A stretch of DNA of 63,888 bases, counting the filler, from Atractiella rhizophila (Eukaryota), in the NCBI GenBank assembly GCA_021432655.1. It is 5 parts of 5 records of this genome, joined end to end, with 100 filler letters (N's around TTAATTAATTAA, not from the genome) between each part and the next. Parts side by side here need not be neighbours in the genome. Positions count along the whole stretch, not along the records: positions 1 to 17,078 come from MU271884.1; 4 more parts are not named here. One strand, 5' to 3'. The notes under the pieces were generated by a model. It saw only the letters and a program-made list of their open reading frames with translations, made no database searches and was not told where the DNA came from. Within the stretch, counting starts at the first letter, position 1, and every line of letters begins with the position of its first letter. Made by a program: the position numbers and the translations under genes. Shown in pieces: positions 1 through 12,600 of the stretch.

Positions 1-95
1 AACCCTAACCCTAACCCTAACCCTAACCCTAACCCTAACCCTAACCCTAACCCTAACCCTAACCCTAACCCTAACCCTAACCCTAACCCTAACCC
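1..95. repeat. Telomeric repeat (CCCTAA)n / TTAGGG, left chromosome end
   Basis: About 16 perfect CCCTAA units at the contig start. Confidence 0.98.
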
Positions 96-746
96 CCTAC
101 ACTTTATCAAATTGCTGTGAAATATGTAAATGGGGAAAACAATACAAAAAGCCTTCGACCATAGTCCACTTTACGAAGCTGACAATATGTAATATGCTAT
201 GCATATATGCCACAAACGATACCACAAACCAGTATTGTGATATTATAATAATAAGATACAGTACTAAGGCTCCAATGTTCTTCTGCATCCTTTCGTTCTC
301 CAGTTATAGGCTCCTCCTTCGCTCAGAAGTAAAACTTAGACTTCCAAGTCACACATTCTGTCATATATGTAACTGTAAAGATATCGAGCTCAGGTGGCTC
401 TGGCATCGACCTAAGTGGTCTCGTTGTGCTGCATCATGCGCTACCCAGTTACTGCCTCGAGCTCAAGTAAAAGGAAAAAGAAGTCGAAGAGGAACTAAGC
501 GAAGGAATTTCAAGTTGAAGAGGTCTTGCGTGTGACAGTGCTCTGCCACCGAACGATTGGAAGTGCCTATCTATCGACAAACACACGGCGTGAGCGGCAC
601 CATGGCAGGCGGGGGATGTCAGATGTCAGATAGGCGACCAGTGTATATTGTTCAAAGCAAACGTATTCCCGACCAAAGAATAGAATGCATAGGTCGAGTG
701 TGAATAGCGTACACAAAACATTGTCCTTGACGGAAGAAATGGGATT

Positions 747-2238
747 TCATTTCCTCCCAAAGACAATGGCCAGAATGATACCGACAACAACAAGAACTCC
801 AACGGAGATGAAGAAACAAATCCAGCGACCCCTACGGTAGTTCCTGGCAGAAACATTCGCCTGTTTTAGCTCCTTGATGCTAAGCCAGCAAACAGATAAG
901 CGTCTGAGAGTCAAGGACAGGCCAACGGAAGGAAAAACCTACGTCATTCCAAGTTCCTCACCAACAAGCGCCTGTCGTTCATCAATGCTCACAATCTTTT
1001 CATCGTCTTGCTCAACCATGATAGACATCTAAATCCGTCCTCAGCTGCGTCCGCGGAGAGAGACAGAGACAGTGACTTACTTCGTTAAAAAGTTGAGCGA
1101 GCTCCACGAGCGTCTGCTCAATCTTCTTGATGTCCTTTTGTCGGTCTTGGGCCGCAGACAAAGCGCGTCGAGCATCCGTAGTTCTCGATCCAAGCAACTA
1201 TAAGACTCAATTGGTTAAACCACAGGGTTGAGTAGGTAAAAACGACAGCGCACAGCTTGAGCAAAGACCCCACCCTCGCCCGCGTCACCATCAACTGCAT
1301 TCCGGACCTCATCTTCGGTCGCATCAGGTTTCACGATCCTATACTGCCTCTCGAGTCGCATCCTAAGCCTATCTCGATACGCCTTTTCCACTCCTTGGTA
1401 CGACTCGATGGTCTCCATGAACCTCTTCTTCAACGCTCCCTCCTGGTTCTGGCGCACGCTCTTGTCCGGGTTCGTGGCTGGCAAACGGACGGTTTGTCGC
1501 TCAAGGGTTTTGATGCGTTGCTTGATCGAGTTCGACAGCGTCGATATGGAGGAACTCGCAGTGGCAAGGTCAGAGGATACAGTGGAGGCGGTGCTGTTCG
1601 GGTCAGCGTCCAATGCAGTAAGCTGACGGTTGTGTAGGTCGGAAATGTTTTGAACTTGATCGTTGAACGTGCGGATGGCATCCTGGATGGCACTAATCTG
1701 TATAACGGCAAACAGTCAGAGGAGCACCGAACTGTCGACCTGCGTAAAGAAAGAGAACACGCAGTTAAGGATGTCATGAGAGGTGTGCGGAAAGAGGCAG
1801 CTACGGCTAGAAAATACCATCGTGATATTCAAGGGAGAGCAGTGAACACCGTTTTCTCTACTTGTATCGGAGTAGCCTCATTCTGCCTAACAATGTTCTT
1901 GTTTCGACTACTTCAGCAGGTCTCCTGCTTGGACACAAATCACTGGGCTTGAGTGAACGAGAAAGAGCTGGGGCAAGTTCTTGCGGTGCAACGTCTAGGC
2001 AGGTGAAGTGAAGTGGGACAAAATGTCACTCTTTCGCCTTCAGTCGTTGTTCTGCCACCGGAATGAATGCAGAAATGGTTTCCCAGACCCTCCGAAACTT
2101 GTAGACTGAAAGGGCAGGACGTACCTCAGCAAAATAGTCGTCCATGCTCCCTCCACCCATGCTATTCCTGCCCTCCATTTCATAGCTCGTCGCATTTGAA
2201 GAGCCTCCACCGGAGGAGTGTGTGTAGTTGAGCGGCAT
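747..2238 (-). CDS. Plasma-membrane syntaxin (Sso1/2-like Qa-SNARE), multi-exon
   Basis: Spliced product MPLNYTHS...MDDYFAE|ISAIQDAI... contains Habc helices (RLERQYRIVKPDATEDEV), a SNARE motif (AQDRQKDIKKIEQTLVELAQLFNE|MSIMVEQ) and a C-terminal TM segment (RWICFFISVGVLVVVGIILAIVFGRK*). Introns are GT-AG. Confidence 0.9.
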
Positions 2239-3542
2239 GTTGGGCGGGGGAAGAGAAGGAGTAGTGAGGTTGGAGACGTTGAAGGAGGTGGTCGCTGGAG
2301 GAGAGAAGGCGAGCGCGAATGTAGGCGGTGAGAGACACAGCGCCGCGGAGTTCCCGTGCGTACTCTCGGGAGCCGTATTTTGGCATTCATCCAACAACCC
2401 GCTGCTGCCTGTGAGTGATGTGATGCAGTACAGTATTCACATTTCTGCTTTATCAACAAAGTACAATAATTACATCGTCCTTCAAAACGACGCTCACACG
2501 AATCCTCGCTTCGACTCCCCTGCTCCAGCCGTCTCTCCACTCGCGTCAGCAGCTGCCGTCGTGGGATTGTTATACTGAGGCTGCAAGTTGATGTTGTTAG
2601 GAGGTAGACTTCCCCCCGTCTGGTGTTCAGCCGTCGTTTCTGGTCGTCCTCGAAGGTGGTCCATGCCTTGGCGGACGTCATTCATCCCTATTCCAAGGGG
2701 TGAGCAGATTGGAAGTGAGAAGGAGCAAAGCAACCGACCGCGGTTGGCAATGCCTTCATTGTGAGTTTCAGAGACTTGATGCTTCGCGTGACCATCACGT
2801 CCAGTGATGGCATCTCCAAGCGAGTCCATCGCCCTTTCCTCCATTGTTCAGCACAGGAAGGGGACGGTGAGCACACGTACGAGTTAAAGGTGCCACGAAT
2901 CGCGTCTCCTGTTCCACCAGCGACGTTAAACCCATCTCTGCATCGTATGCCCTCAGCCATGCCAGTCCTGTACCCATGAGAACGGGACGCACCGAACTTT
3001 CTCTCCAAAAGTACTCCCTGCATTCCTCCCATGAGCAGGAGCGTTCGTCGCATAAGCAGGCGATGTAGAGCTAGTGTTGGTGGTTGCGTTGGAAGACATG
3101 TTGCTTTCTGCTTACTTGCTTGGTTGTTATTGACTTGTCACCTACCTTTGCTCAACCTTTATATATTCGCGAAAGAGGTGACGTCAGATTATCTTCCAGC
3201 GTCACCAATTTTCATCATGTCGGCTAAAGCTGGGCTATGATTAGAATCAGGATTAGAATACATGGACTTGACCGTTGACTTTGTCACTGCTGAGCGCAAG
3301 GCTGCAAGTTTGAATATTGTCACCGTTTACAGATGAAGCCTGAGACCCTGCCACCACGATCGACGAGGGATTGGAGAACAGCACATTTATAAAGAGAATC
3401 ACTTCTTGCGAGGACTTTTGCGGCTCGAAGTAACGTCCTGTGCCATGCTAGAAGCACGACTTGGGGTTTCCTTTACCATGTAGCTCGTGTCCTTCTTTGT
3501 ATCAGTGCAAGTTCCAGTGATCAGCATACGACGATTCTCCAC

Positions 3543-4750
3543 ATGTTTCCCCTTGATGCGACTCCTCGACGCAGACCAGGTAATGATACCTCCCCGAGTG
3601 TTTCCATATCTGACCTCCAAGTTATTCCAGACTCCACCCGTCTTGATGAGGAAACGCTACCATCCTATTATCCTGCTCAATACTATCCAGCACAGATTCG
3701 CCGAGTCTTAAATCAAATCGTTTCCAAACTAGGTTTTGGAACTACGTCGAAAGTATTGATTGTGCAGGGTCCTGCGGTAAGAAGAACCATTGAAAAAGAA
3801 AGTAAACTACCCATGCTGATCTTAGGACGCGAACCCTAACCTCTGATAGGACTTGATTTCTTGCATTTCTAAGGTCAACTTATACATACAGGTCGAGATC
3901 TCCCTCGACTCGTATCAAAGCTAATTCAGATCCAGATGTGGAACCGAAGAGCATACTCTTCACGATGAAGGATCTTTCCGTGTTGACGAAGACTGAAGAA
4001 CGAGAGGTCCGATCTCCTATCCCTCGCAAGCTTCTCATGGATTGCATAATCTACCCCTTTATCGCACCTCCCTACACAATCCATTTCCACATATTATGCG
4101 ACTTCGCACACACTATTTGGCGATCTCGCACCATGAAAGGACGACATCATGCCTGATCTCTTTCGAGCCCTGGAGTTGTTCTTGACATGCCTTGGAGTTA
4201 CCCCACATCTGGAGCTTAGGCTGGCTATTTTGCATAGTTGTTTATGACCGTCACTTTGTTTGGCGCCAAGAACAGTGAAGGAAAGTTTTCGAACGCCTAA
4301 ACTGTTGCGGAGTTGAGTGCACTGAGGACTGAGGGGAACGCCGCCGAAAGAGATTTTGAATGTTGAAAGGCAAGAGGCCTGGATGGTGAGCACAAGTGTG
4401 CTCAACTTCAAGTTTTTGCTTCCTCACTTCGTTCTTCAACGCAAATGGAGGCGTCTGGCTCCCATTGACCCATACCGAAGAAATCATTGTAGGCCTTGGA
4501 GACCTTTTTGAGCGCGACAATGGGGAGTTGTTTCTCCCTTTCATTTGGAAGGCGCTCAAGTTAGCGGATTACGGTGGATCCCTCGCTTGCTTAGGAGTCA
4601 TGAGGTGTAGAAACGAGGCGACTCGTTAACGGTAAAGTCCATTTGGCTAGTTGACGCAGGATGCACAATCACCTTGGCATAACGTGATATTGGTGCCCGT
4701 CAACTTTCCTCATATGGAGCCTCAGCATGATAAAGGTACTGTACTTCCTA
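3543..4750 (+). pseudogene. Degenerate SRPK/Sky1-like (fungal CMGC) protein kinase
   Basis: Recognisable but broken motifs: EETLPSYYPAQYYPAQI..QIVSKLGFGTTSKV, LDFLHF*GQLIHT|D, SILF..SPIPRK..ILCDF, IMPDLFRALE, AEL.AL..PP. There are stops and frameshifts, and much of the N-lobe is deleted. Confidence 0.75.
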
Positions 4751-7346
4751 TGAGTACTTATTGGAAGATGTCAAAATTGCGAGTGTGAGGGATGCATTTA
4801 GCATTTGCGTCATGTACCAAGCTTTCAAATTCTTACATCTAGTCCCTTCGACTGCTTATAATCCATGTTCACCGTGTCCTCAACGTCAACAGGTGATTTC
4901 TGTGACACTTTATTTCTTTTCTGCCTCTTCCCTCAACGCTTCCCTCCTTGATTTAGCCTTCTTACGCGTCAGTTGACGGGACCCAAGACACGACAAAGAG
5001 AATGAGACCCACATTCTGGTCCAGATACGGTTTCTCGCCAACTGAGCTGGCCCTATTGCCTGTTCTCCTTCCTCCAGCCAGCATGAGGTCGGGAGTTGCG
5101 GAACTGGAAACAGCATCTTTCAGATTTTGGGAGAGAAGGCAGGGATGAGGCGTACTGAAAAACGCTTCGGTTGTCCCAGATGGCGACATCGTTTGGTGTC
5201 CACTTGATCCTTGCCTGTTGCTCTTTTATCAGCTTCGATTCCTGAATCAGCAAAAGGCGAACCTGGAGGTCGTGGTTCCTCGTCACCAGTCTCATGACGT
5301 AGTCTTTGATCATCTGATTCTCATACGGCGAAACGTCCTTGATTTCGGTAAAATGGAGCCCAAAACCAACTATCGCTTTCCATCCCGTTACCTATTCTTC
5401 TGATTGAAAAAAGCAAGCTGAAAGTTAGGAAGCGCATACAGGATTCGATCGCACCATGGGATGGACCGGTGCGAAAGTGTCTCCTACGTTCAGTGGAGAT
5501 CCGCGAGGCTCCATAATGGGGCAGTTAGACCGTTCCGCTTTGGATAAACCTTTTGGGTTTGCAGTGTGAGAAAAAGAAGAGCGACGCACCAGTCTTCTTG
5601 AAGATAGGCTGCGCGCACACACATTCCAGACTCTCCATGAACTTTTGCCATGGGGGGGACATGCGATCGTACCTTCAAGCAAGCATACTAAATCTAAAGG
5701 TTCTAGCGATTTGGGAGCGGACGCACAATTCGTAAGCAGACGCCCACATTGTATCTCCTCCAGTCTTAGGGGTTTCATGAAGCTTGAGGCAGGAGTAACT
5801 AAAACCCGCATTGAGTATGAAAAAAAATCGAGAATCAGACAACGAACTCCGCCGGGCACGTTTCGAAAAGGCAATCGGAGTGCCACTTTGTTTGTGTCAG
5901 AATGTGATTCCACAAGAAGAGGAAGACACACTTGTTCAGCAGCATCGTTATATGTCCGTTTCATGTCTTCTTTTGGGTACAGCTTAGCCTGCGTCTCACT
6001 CGAGATAACGTAGATTTCTGGGTCCGTTCCGCCCTTTTCGTCCATCTACACCGGGCTTAGTTGGAGTTGCCTCTGAGCACAAGATACGCACGGCAGAGTT
6101 CAGGGGTGAATAGAATAGAGGGTGCTTGTGAAGGTCGTGATCGGCAGGTCGCCCTCCCAGCTTGCCGAGAAGATTGGTGAACCTTTTCTGAAGAAACATG
6201 AAGATGGGTTTGCTGAAGCACTTGAGGAAGAGCATACCTGCGAGGCGATGTCTAATTCCTGGGTGCGGAAAAAAACAACTCCTCGCTGACTGACTGTTGA
6301 CGGGAGTGTCAGCACCTGCGAACGCTTTGGGAGAGAAACATACTGATGATTGCGAGGTCTCGGATCATCTGTTCCGCATTAGAGGCGTTGAGGATATCTT
6401 TGATCTGGGTCTTTGGATACTCTCTCCCTGCCAAGCCGGGCAAAAATCAATGTTAATCAATTCCGATGCGACAATAGGGCTAACCAATGACAGGAGTAAC
6501 CTCAAAAAACTCCAGGTGATCGAGAGAACCCGAGTACTTGAGAGGCTCCTTCAAGGAAGTTGTCATGCCGAATTGTCACCGTTCAATGATGTTGGTAGGT
6601 AGTAGATAGATGGGACGAAGGTAGAGGGTGCGGAATATAAGACGATGATCGCTGCCGTGCGCATCAATCGATCTCCCACCTCTTCGCCTGAGGTAGAGTG
6701 GAGTCCATCCGATTTTAGCTCAACCGCCGATGTGGCATGCTTTGGTGAGGGGACGGCACTGGTCGGCTCGCTACTTGAAGCCGCCAACGGCGAAGGGGCG
6801 AAGGAGAGAGTGAGTGCATTACGCATTACGATTAATGGTTATCTTCACTTGGATAGCTCGAGATATCGGCATCTGGGACAGAGTAAATCTGAGACTGGGA
6901 GCGAGGACAGGAGCAAGAGGAGCCAATTTGGTTGGCACAGCGCATTTTTGGTCTGGGCAAGGTTACCACGCTTAAGTCGCTAGACTCTGAGAGTCGAATG
7001 GGTTTGAGCCGTCGCCTTAAAACGTCGCTTTAACACTCAAAGAAACGTGCCAGCTAAATAATCATGATTAACCTATCTCTACTTGTTGAACTTAGTGCAG
7101 CAACACCCCAAACTGAAGGACTAATGGATTGAAAGACAATGCATGCGAACAACTTGAATAAGAATGCCAAAATTATGGTAATGCAGCTAAAGTCTCCCAA
7201 TTCTCTTCTCATCAAGTATGTCTCTTCGAAGCGACCCCCTGCTATTAGTTGCGACCTTGAAAAGAGAGCGTCACTGGGGTTTATTTGGATCGGGGGGGTC
7301 CATGACGAAGGCTCCAAAGAACGCTCTTGCAAGTGTTTGATCCGCA
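3936..7346. repeat. Tandem segmental duplication, unit A (~3.4 kb)
   Basis: Near-identical to 7348-10887 from ATGTGGAACCGAAGAGC to TGTTTGATCCGCA. Confidence 0.95.
4910..6566 (-). CDS. TauD/TfdA-family Fe(II)/alpha-ketoglutarate dioxygenase, copy 1 (multi-exon)
   Basis: MTTSLKEPLKYSGSLD..EVTPVIG|REYP, VSQRGVVFFR, WHSD (HxD), TGGDTMWAS, HPMVR.NP, DVAIWDNRSVFH, R.G.R..SVGEKPY; ends AEKK*. Confidence 0.92.
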
Positions 7347-7347
7347 A

Positions 7348-8170
7348 ATGTGGAACCGAAGAGCATACTCTTCACGATGAAGGATCTTTCCGTGTTGACG
7401 AAGACTGAAGAACGAGAGGTCCGATCTCCTATCCCTCGCAAGATTCTCATGGGATCGCATAATCTACCCCTTTATCGCACCTCCCTACACAATCCATTTC
7501 CACATATTATGCGACTTCGCACACACTATTTGGCGATCTCGCACCATGAAAGGACGACATCATGCCTGATCTCTTTCGAGCCCTGGAGTTGTTCTTGACA
7601 TGCCTTGGAGTTACCCCACATCTGGAGCTTAGGCTGGCTATTTTGCATAGTTGTTTATGACCGTCACTTTGTTTGGCGCCAAGAACAGTGAAGGAAAGTG
7701 TTCGAACACTCAAACCGTTGCGGAGTTGAGTGCACTGAGGGGAATGCCGCTGAAAGAGATTTTGAATGTTGAAAGGCAAGAGGCCTGGAAATACTTTCAC
7801 AATGATGGTGAGCACAAGTGTGCCCGGCTTCAAGTTTTTGCTTCCTCACTTCGTTTTTCAACGCAAATGGAGGCGTCTGGGACCCATTGGACCCATACCG
7901 AAGACATCATTGGAGCGCTTGGAGACCTTTTTGAGGGCGACAATGTGTAGTTGTTTCTCCCTTTCATTTAGAAGACGCGCAAGTTAGCGGATTATGAGGG
8001 CCCTGGGTTGCAATTGCTTAGGGGTGATGAGGTGTTGAAACGAAGCTACTCGTGAACGGTAAAGTCCCTTTGCCTAGTTGACGCAGGATGCACAATGCAT
8101 AATCATCCTGTTGCATAAAGTGATATTGGTGCTATGGCGTCACCCGTTCCTCATATGGATCCTCAGCATG
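7348..8170 (+). pseudogene. Duplicated 3' fragment of the SRPK-like kinase pseudogene
   Basis: Homologous to 3936-4735, with independent indels. Confidence 0.7.
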
Positions 8171-8370
8171 ATAAAGATCATTCTATTGAGTTCCCATTTT
8201 CTTTCCCTCTTACATGTCTTATTTGACCAATTGGTCAGTTTAAGCGCTCGGGAATTATCGCCATTGGAGTTACAGGCAAGTACTGTACACTTCCTATGAG
8301 TACTTATTGGAAGATGTCAAAATTGCGAGTGTGAGGGATGCATTTAGCATTTGCGTCATGTACCAAGCTT

Positions 8371-10111
8371 TCAAATTCTTACATCTAGTCCCTTCGAATG
8401 CTTATAATCCATGTTCACCGTGTCCTCAACGTCAACAGGTGATTTCTGTGACACTTTATTTCTTTCTGCCTCTTCCCTCAAAGCTTCCCTCCTCGATTTA
8501 GCCTTCTTACGCGTCAGTTGACGGGACCCAAGACACGACAAAGAGAATGAGACCCACATTCTGGTCCAGATACGGTTTCTCGCCAACTGAGCTGGCCCTA
8601 TTGCCTGTTCTCCTTCCTCCAGCCAGCATGAGGTCGGGAGTTGCGGAACTGGAAACAGCATCTTTCAGATTTTGGGAGAGAAGGCAGGGATGAGGCGTAC
8701 TGAAAAACGCTTCGGTTGTCCCAGATGGCGACATCGTTTGGTGTCCACTTGATCCTTGCCTGTTGCTCTTTCATCAGCTTCGATTCCTGAATCAGCAAAG
8801 GCGAACTTGGAGGTCGTGGTTCCTCGTCACTAGTCTCATGACGTAGTCTTTGATCATCTGATTCTCATACGGCGAAACGTCCTTGATTTCGGTAAAATGG
8901 AGCCCAAAACCAACGATCGCTTTCCATCCAGTTACCTATTCTTCTGATTGAAAAAAAATAAGCTGAAAGTTAGGAAACGCATACTGGATTCGATCGCACC
9001 ATGGGATGGACCGGTGCGAAAGTGTCTCCTACGTTGAGTGGAGATCCGCGAGGCTCCATAATGGGGCAGTTTGACCGTTCCGCTTTAGATAAACCTTTTG
9101 GGTTTGCAGTGTGAGAAAAAGAAGAGCGACGCACCAGTCTTCTTGAAGATAGGCTGCGCGCACACACATTCCAGACTCTCCATGAACTTTTGCCATGGGG
9201 GGGACATGCGATCGTACCTTCAAGCAAGCATACTAAATCTAAAGGTTCTAGCGATTTGGGAGCGGACGCACAATTCGTAAGCAGACGCCCACATTGTATC
9301 TCCTCCAGTCTTAGGGGTTTCATGAAGCTTGAGGCAGGAGTAACTAAAACCCGCATTGAGTATGAAAAAAAATCGAGAATCAGACAACGAACTCCGCCGG
9401 GCACGTTTCGAAAAGGCAATCGGAGTGCCACTTTGTTTGTGTCAGAATGTGATTCCACAAGAAGAGGAAGACACACTTGTTCAGCAGCATCGTTATATGT
9501 CCGTTTCATGTCTTCTTTTGGGTACAGCTTAGCCTGCGTCTCACTCGAGATAACGTAGATTTCTGGGTCCGTTCCGCCCTTTTCGTCCATCTACACCGGG
9601 CTTAGTTGGAGTTGCCTCTGAGCACAAGATACGCACGGCAGAGTTCAGGGGTGAATAGAATAGAGGGTGCTTGTGAAGGTCGTGATCGGCAGGTCGCCCT
9701 CCCAGCTTCCCGAGAAGATTGGTGAACCTTTTCTGAAGAAACATGAAGATGGGTTTGCTGAAGCACTTGAGGAAGCGCATACCTGCGAGGCAATGTCTAA
9801 TTCCTGGGTACGGAAAAAAACAACTCCTCGCTGACTGACTGTTGACGGGAGTGTCAGCACCTGCGAACGCTTTGGGAGAGAAACATACTGATGATTGCGA
9901 GGTCTCGGATCATCTGTTCCGCATTAGGGGCGTTGAGTATATCTTTGATCTGGGTCTTTGGATACTCTCTCCCTGCCAAGCCGGGCAAGAATCAATGTTA
10001 ATCAATTCCGATGCGACAATAGGGCTAACCAATGACGGGAGTAACCTCAAAATACTCCAGGTGATCGAGAGAACCCGAGTACTTGAGAGGCTCCTTCAAG
10101 GAAGTTGTCAT
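8371..10111 (-). CDS. TauD/TfdA-family dioxygenase, copy 2 (C-terminally extended)
   Basis: Same exon structure and motifs as copy 1. A 1-bp deletion near the stop gives the tail ERNKVSQKSPVDVEDTVNMDYKHSKGLDVRI*. Confidence 0.9.
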
Positions 10112-10811
10112 GCCGAATTGTCACCGTTCAATGATGTTGGTAGGTAGTAGATAGATGGGACGAAGGTAGAGGGTGCGGAATATAAAGACGATGGTCGCTG
10201 CCGTGCGCATCAATCGATCTCCCACCTCTTCGCCTGAGCTAGAGTGGAGTCCATCCGATTTTAGCTCAACCGCCGATGTGGCATGCTTTGGTGAGGGGAC
10301 GGCACTGGTCGGCTCGCTACTTGAAGCCGCCAACGGCGAAGGGGCGAAGGAGAGAGTGAGTGCATTACGCATTACGATTAATGGTTATCTTCACTTGGAT
10401 AGCTCGAGATATCGGCATCTGGGACAGAGTAAATCTGAGACTGGGAGCGAGGACAGGAGCAAGAGGAGCCAATTTGGTTGGCACAGCGCATTTTTGGTCT
10501 GGGCAAGGTTACCACGCTTAAGTCGCTAGACTCTGAGAGTCGAATGGGTTTGAGTCACCTTAAAACGTCGCTCTAACACTCAAAGAAACGTGCAGCTAAA
10601 TAATCATGATTAACCTATCTCTACTTGTTGAACTTAGTGCAGCAACACCCCAAACTGAAGGACTAATGGATTGAAAGACAATGCATGCGAACAACTTGAA
10701 TAAGAATGCCAAAATTATGGTAATGCAGCTAAGTCTCCCAATTCTCTTCTCATCAAGTATGTCTCTTCGAAGCGACCCCCTGCTATTAGTCGCGACCTTG
10801 AAAAGAGAGCA

Positions 10812-11907
10812 TCACTGGGGTTTATTTGGATCGGGGGGGTCCATGACGAAGGCTCCAAAGAACGCTCTTGCAAGTGTTTGATCCGCACGTGCGAGACGGT
10901 ATAAGCCACATTTAAGTCTACAAACCGTCCAGCAATCAGTCGTCAGCCATTACCCCGTAGTTGCAAGTAACCTAACCGTGCAATGTTGAGGCGAAAACAT
11001 ACGTCTGTCGATCAGTCCCCATCCACCCTGCCGCTTCATAAGCCATGATCTGCTCTCCTGTTTCTACCTCCTGTGCTACGTAAGAGAAGCGTCCGAGCGG
11101 TCCATAGGTGATAGTGAATATATGCCGGATTGGCTTGTCCATCATGCTATTGCATCCGACCCCCAAGAAAGTAAGGATCGACACTTAGTGGATGGAAGAA
11201 GGAGACATACGCTTGAGCTGGGACGAAAGGACAGAATTCTGCACACTCACGCTTATGGTCGCGGATGACTATTGTTCCCAAGTAATAGTCCAGGGTAATA
11301 ACAGGTCCAGAATCGCCATGCGAAAACCTTCAACATTGGTTTAGATGAGTTAGCCATGACGCAAATCCAGAAAGATGGGGACGCACAGTTGGAAGAGGTG
11401 GAAAAAGTTCTCGGAGCTCCCTGTCTCGCTGGAGAGCCACATAGTATATTCGTAATGTCGAGTGTCTCCGTCAGCTTGATCTGCCCGTTCAGTCAATAGT
11501 AAATGAAGTATTCAAGAATCGCATCTGGGAGGGAAAGACAACATACAAGGGAACAGAAACTCGCTTCTCTGCCTGGCGCTGCGATCGGTATCTCCCTCCA
11601 ACATGAGAGCGCTATTATCAGCTAAATACAGAGAGTAACAATAAGGTATGCTTCTCTCTGCGCGTTCCTCTCCGCACCCGAGTTGGAGGACTCCAGAGGC
11701 TTGGTATCCCACTGTCACGGTAGGGAAGGTGAGGTTGCCAAACTTCATTCCCTCCCCCGGCGCGAGCTGGAGGGGATTGAAGTCGTCGGGAGAGGGAAGG
11801 AGCGACCATTTGTCGTCTCCCATGCCCAGGTCGAGGTCTGCAGCGCCGGAAAGTGGGATGGCGGTGGAAGGGAGTAGGAGGGAGAAGATATGAAAGAAAG
11901 GGAGCAT
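10812..11907 (-). CDS. Secreted protein, putative beta-jelly-roll polysaccharide-lyase-like, paralog 1
   Basis: Signal-peptide-like N-terminus MLPFFHIFSLLLPSTA; motifs RQRSEF, FFHLFQL, GPVITLD and C-terminal LKCGLYR; GT-AG introns. The gene model is solid; the function is inferred from motif resemblance. Confidence 0.6.
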
Positions 11908-12600
11908 GTTCGTCGATTACAAAGTGAAGATGTAACTATAATTGGTCCGCAACTTGCGAGTGAATTCGAAAGAATGTAAAAGGGAGCGTTTTCTTCCTAT
12001 GTCGCAGGTGTTATCAAAGACCACCCGACTGGGCAAGAAGCAGTGCCCAAAAAGCGCAATTTGCTTCCTGAAGACGTATTAGCACAATCCGCGAACGGAA
12101 GGACGAACTGACGAACACTGGTAGTCAGCTGTCCAACAGCAACAAAGTGCAGCTGCACTGGCCTCAACGGTGTAACAGATTCAGGCGACAGCTGTGGGCA
12201 AGGTCAGGCCCTCTTTGAGAGCTGGTGGCAGTATTGTTCACAAAGAGATGATGGTTGGAAGCGGAGGACTTACATTACGCACGTGACCAGGAAGGCAAGC
12301 AACTCGTGTGAGCGACTGCAGGCCGTAAGAAACTCGCTTCCCGAACTCGAACAACCGCTGCCTAACAACAACGGCAGCGTTGATCTCCCGAAACGCGATT
12401 GGGGTTTTTGTTTGTTTTCGATTCCATTGCTTCATAGATACCACTTCTCTCACCATGACAGACTAACAACAAACCAGGCGCAGCAACCGCTACCATGATG
12501 GAGGATATAAACACAGTCAGTTGGCCCTACGCCTTCGCGCCTTCTTTTCCTTTCATTTCTCCAGCTTGTGTATCCCGCACTTGCAAGACTTGACGACGTG

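Larger units (their letters stand above)
7348..10887. repeat. Tandem segmental duplication, unit B (~3.5 kb)
   Basis: Near-identical to 3936-7346; carries ~100 bp (about 8176-8280) absent from unit A. Confidence 0.95.

Noticed and set aside
2400..3400. Several overlapping 65-213 aa ORFs upstream of the syntaxin
   Set aside because: There are no recognisable motifs or consistent splice structure; this is probably promoter/intergenic DNA.
5553..6983. Plus-strand ORFs overlapping TauD (and their duplicates at 9098-10529)
   Set aside because: These are antisense shadows. They recur only because the segment is duplicated.
12279..12287. CACGTGAC (Cbf1-like E-box) between the lyase-like paralogs, suggesting a sulfur regulon with TauD
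   Set aside because: A single 8-mer is weak evidence, and I saw no matching site upstream of the TauD copies.
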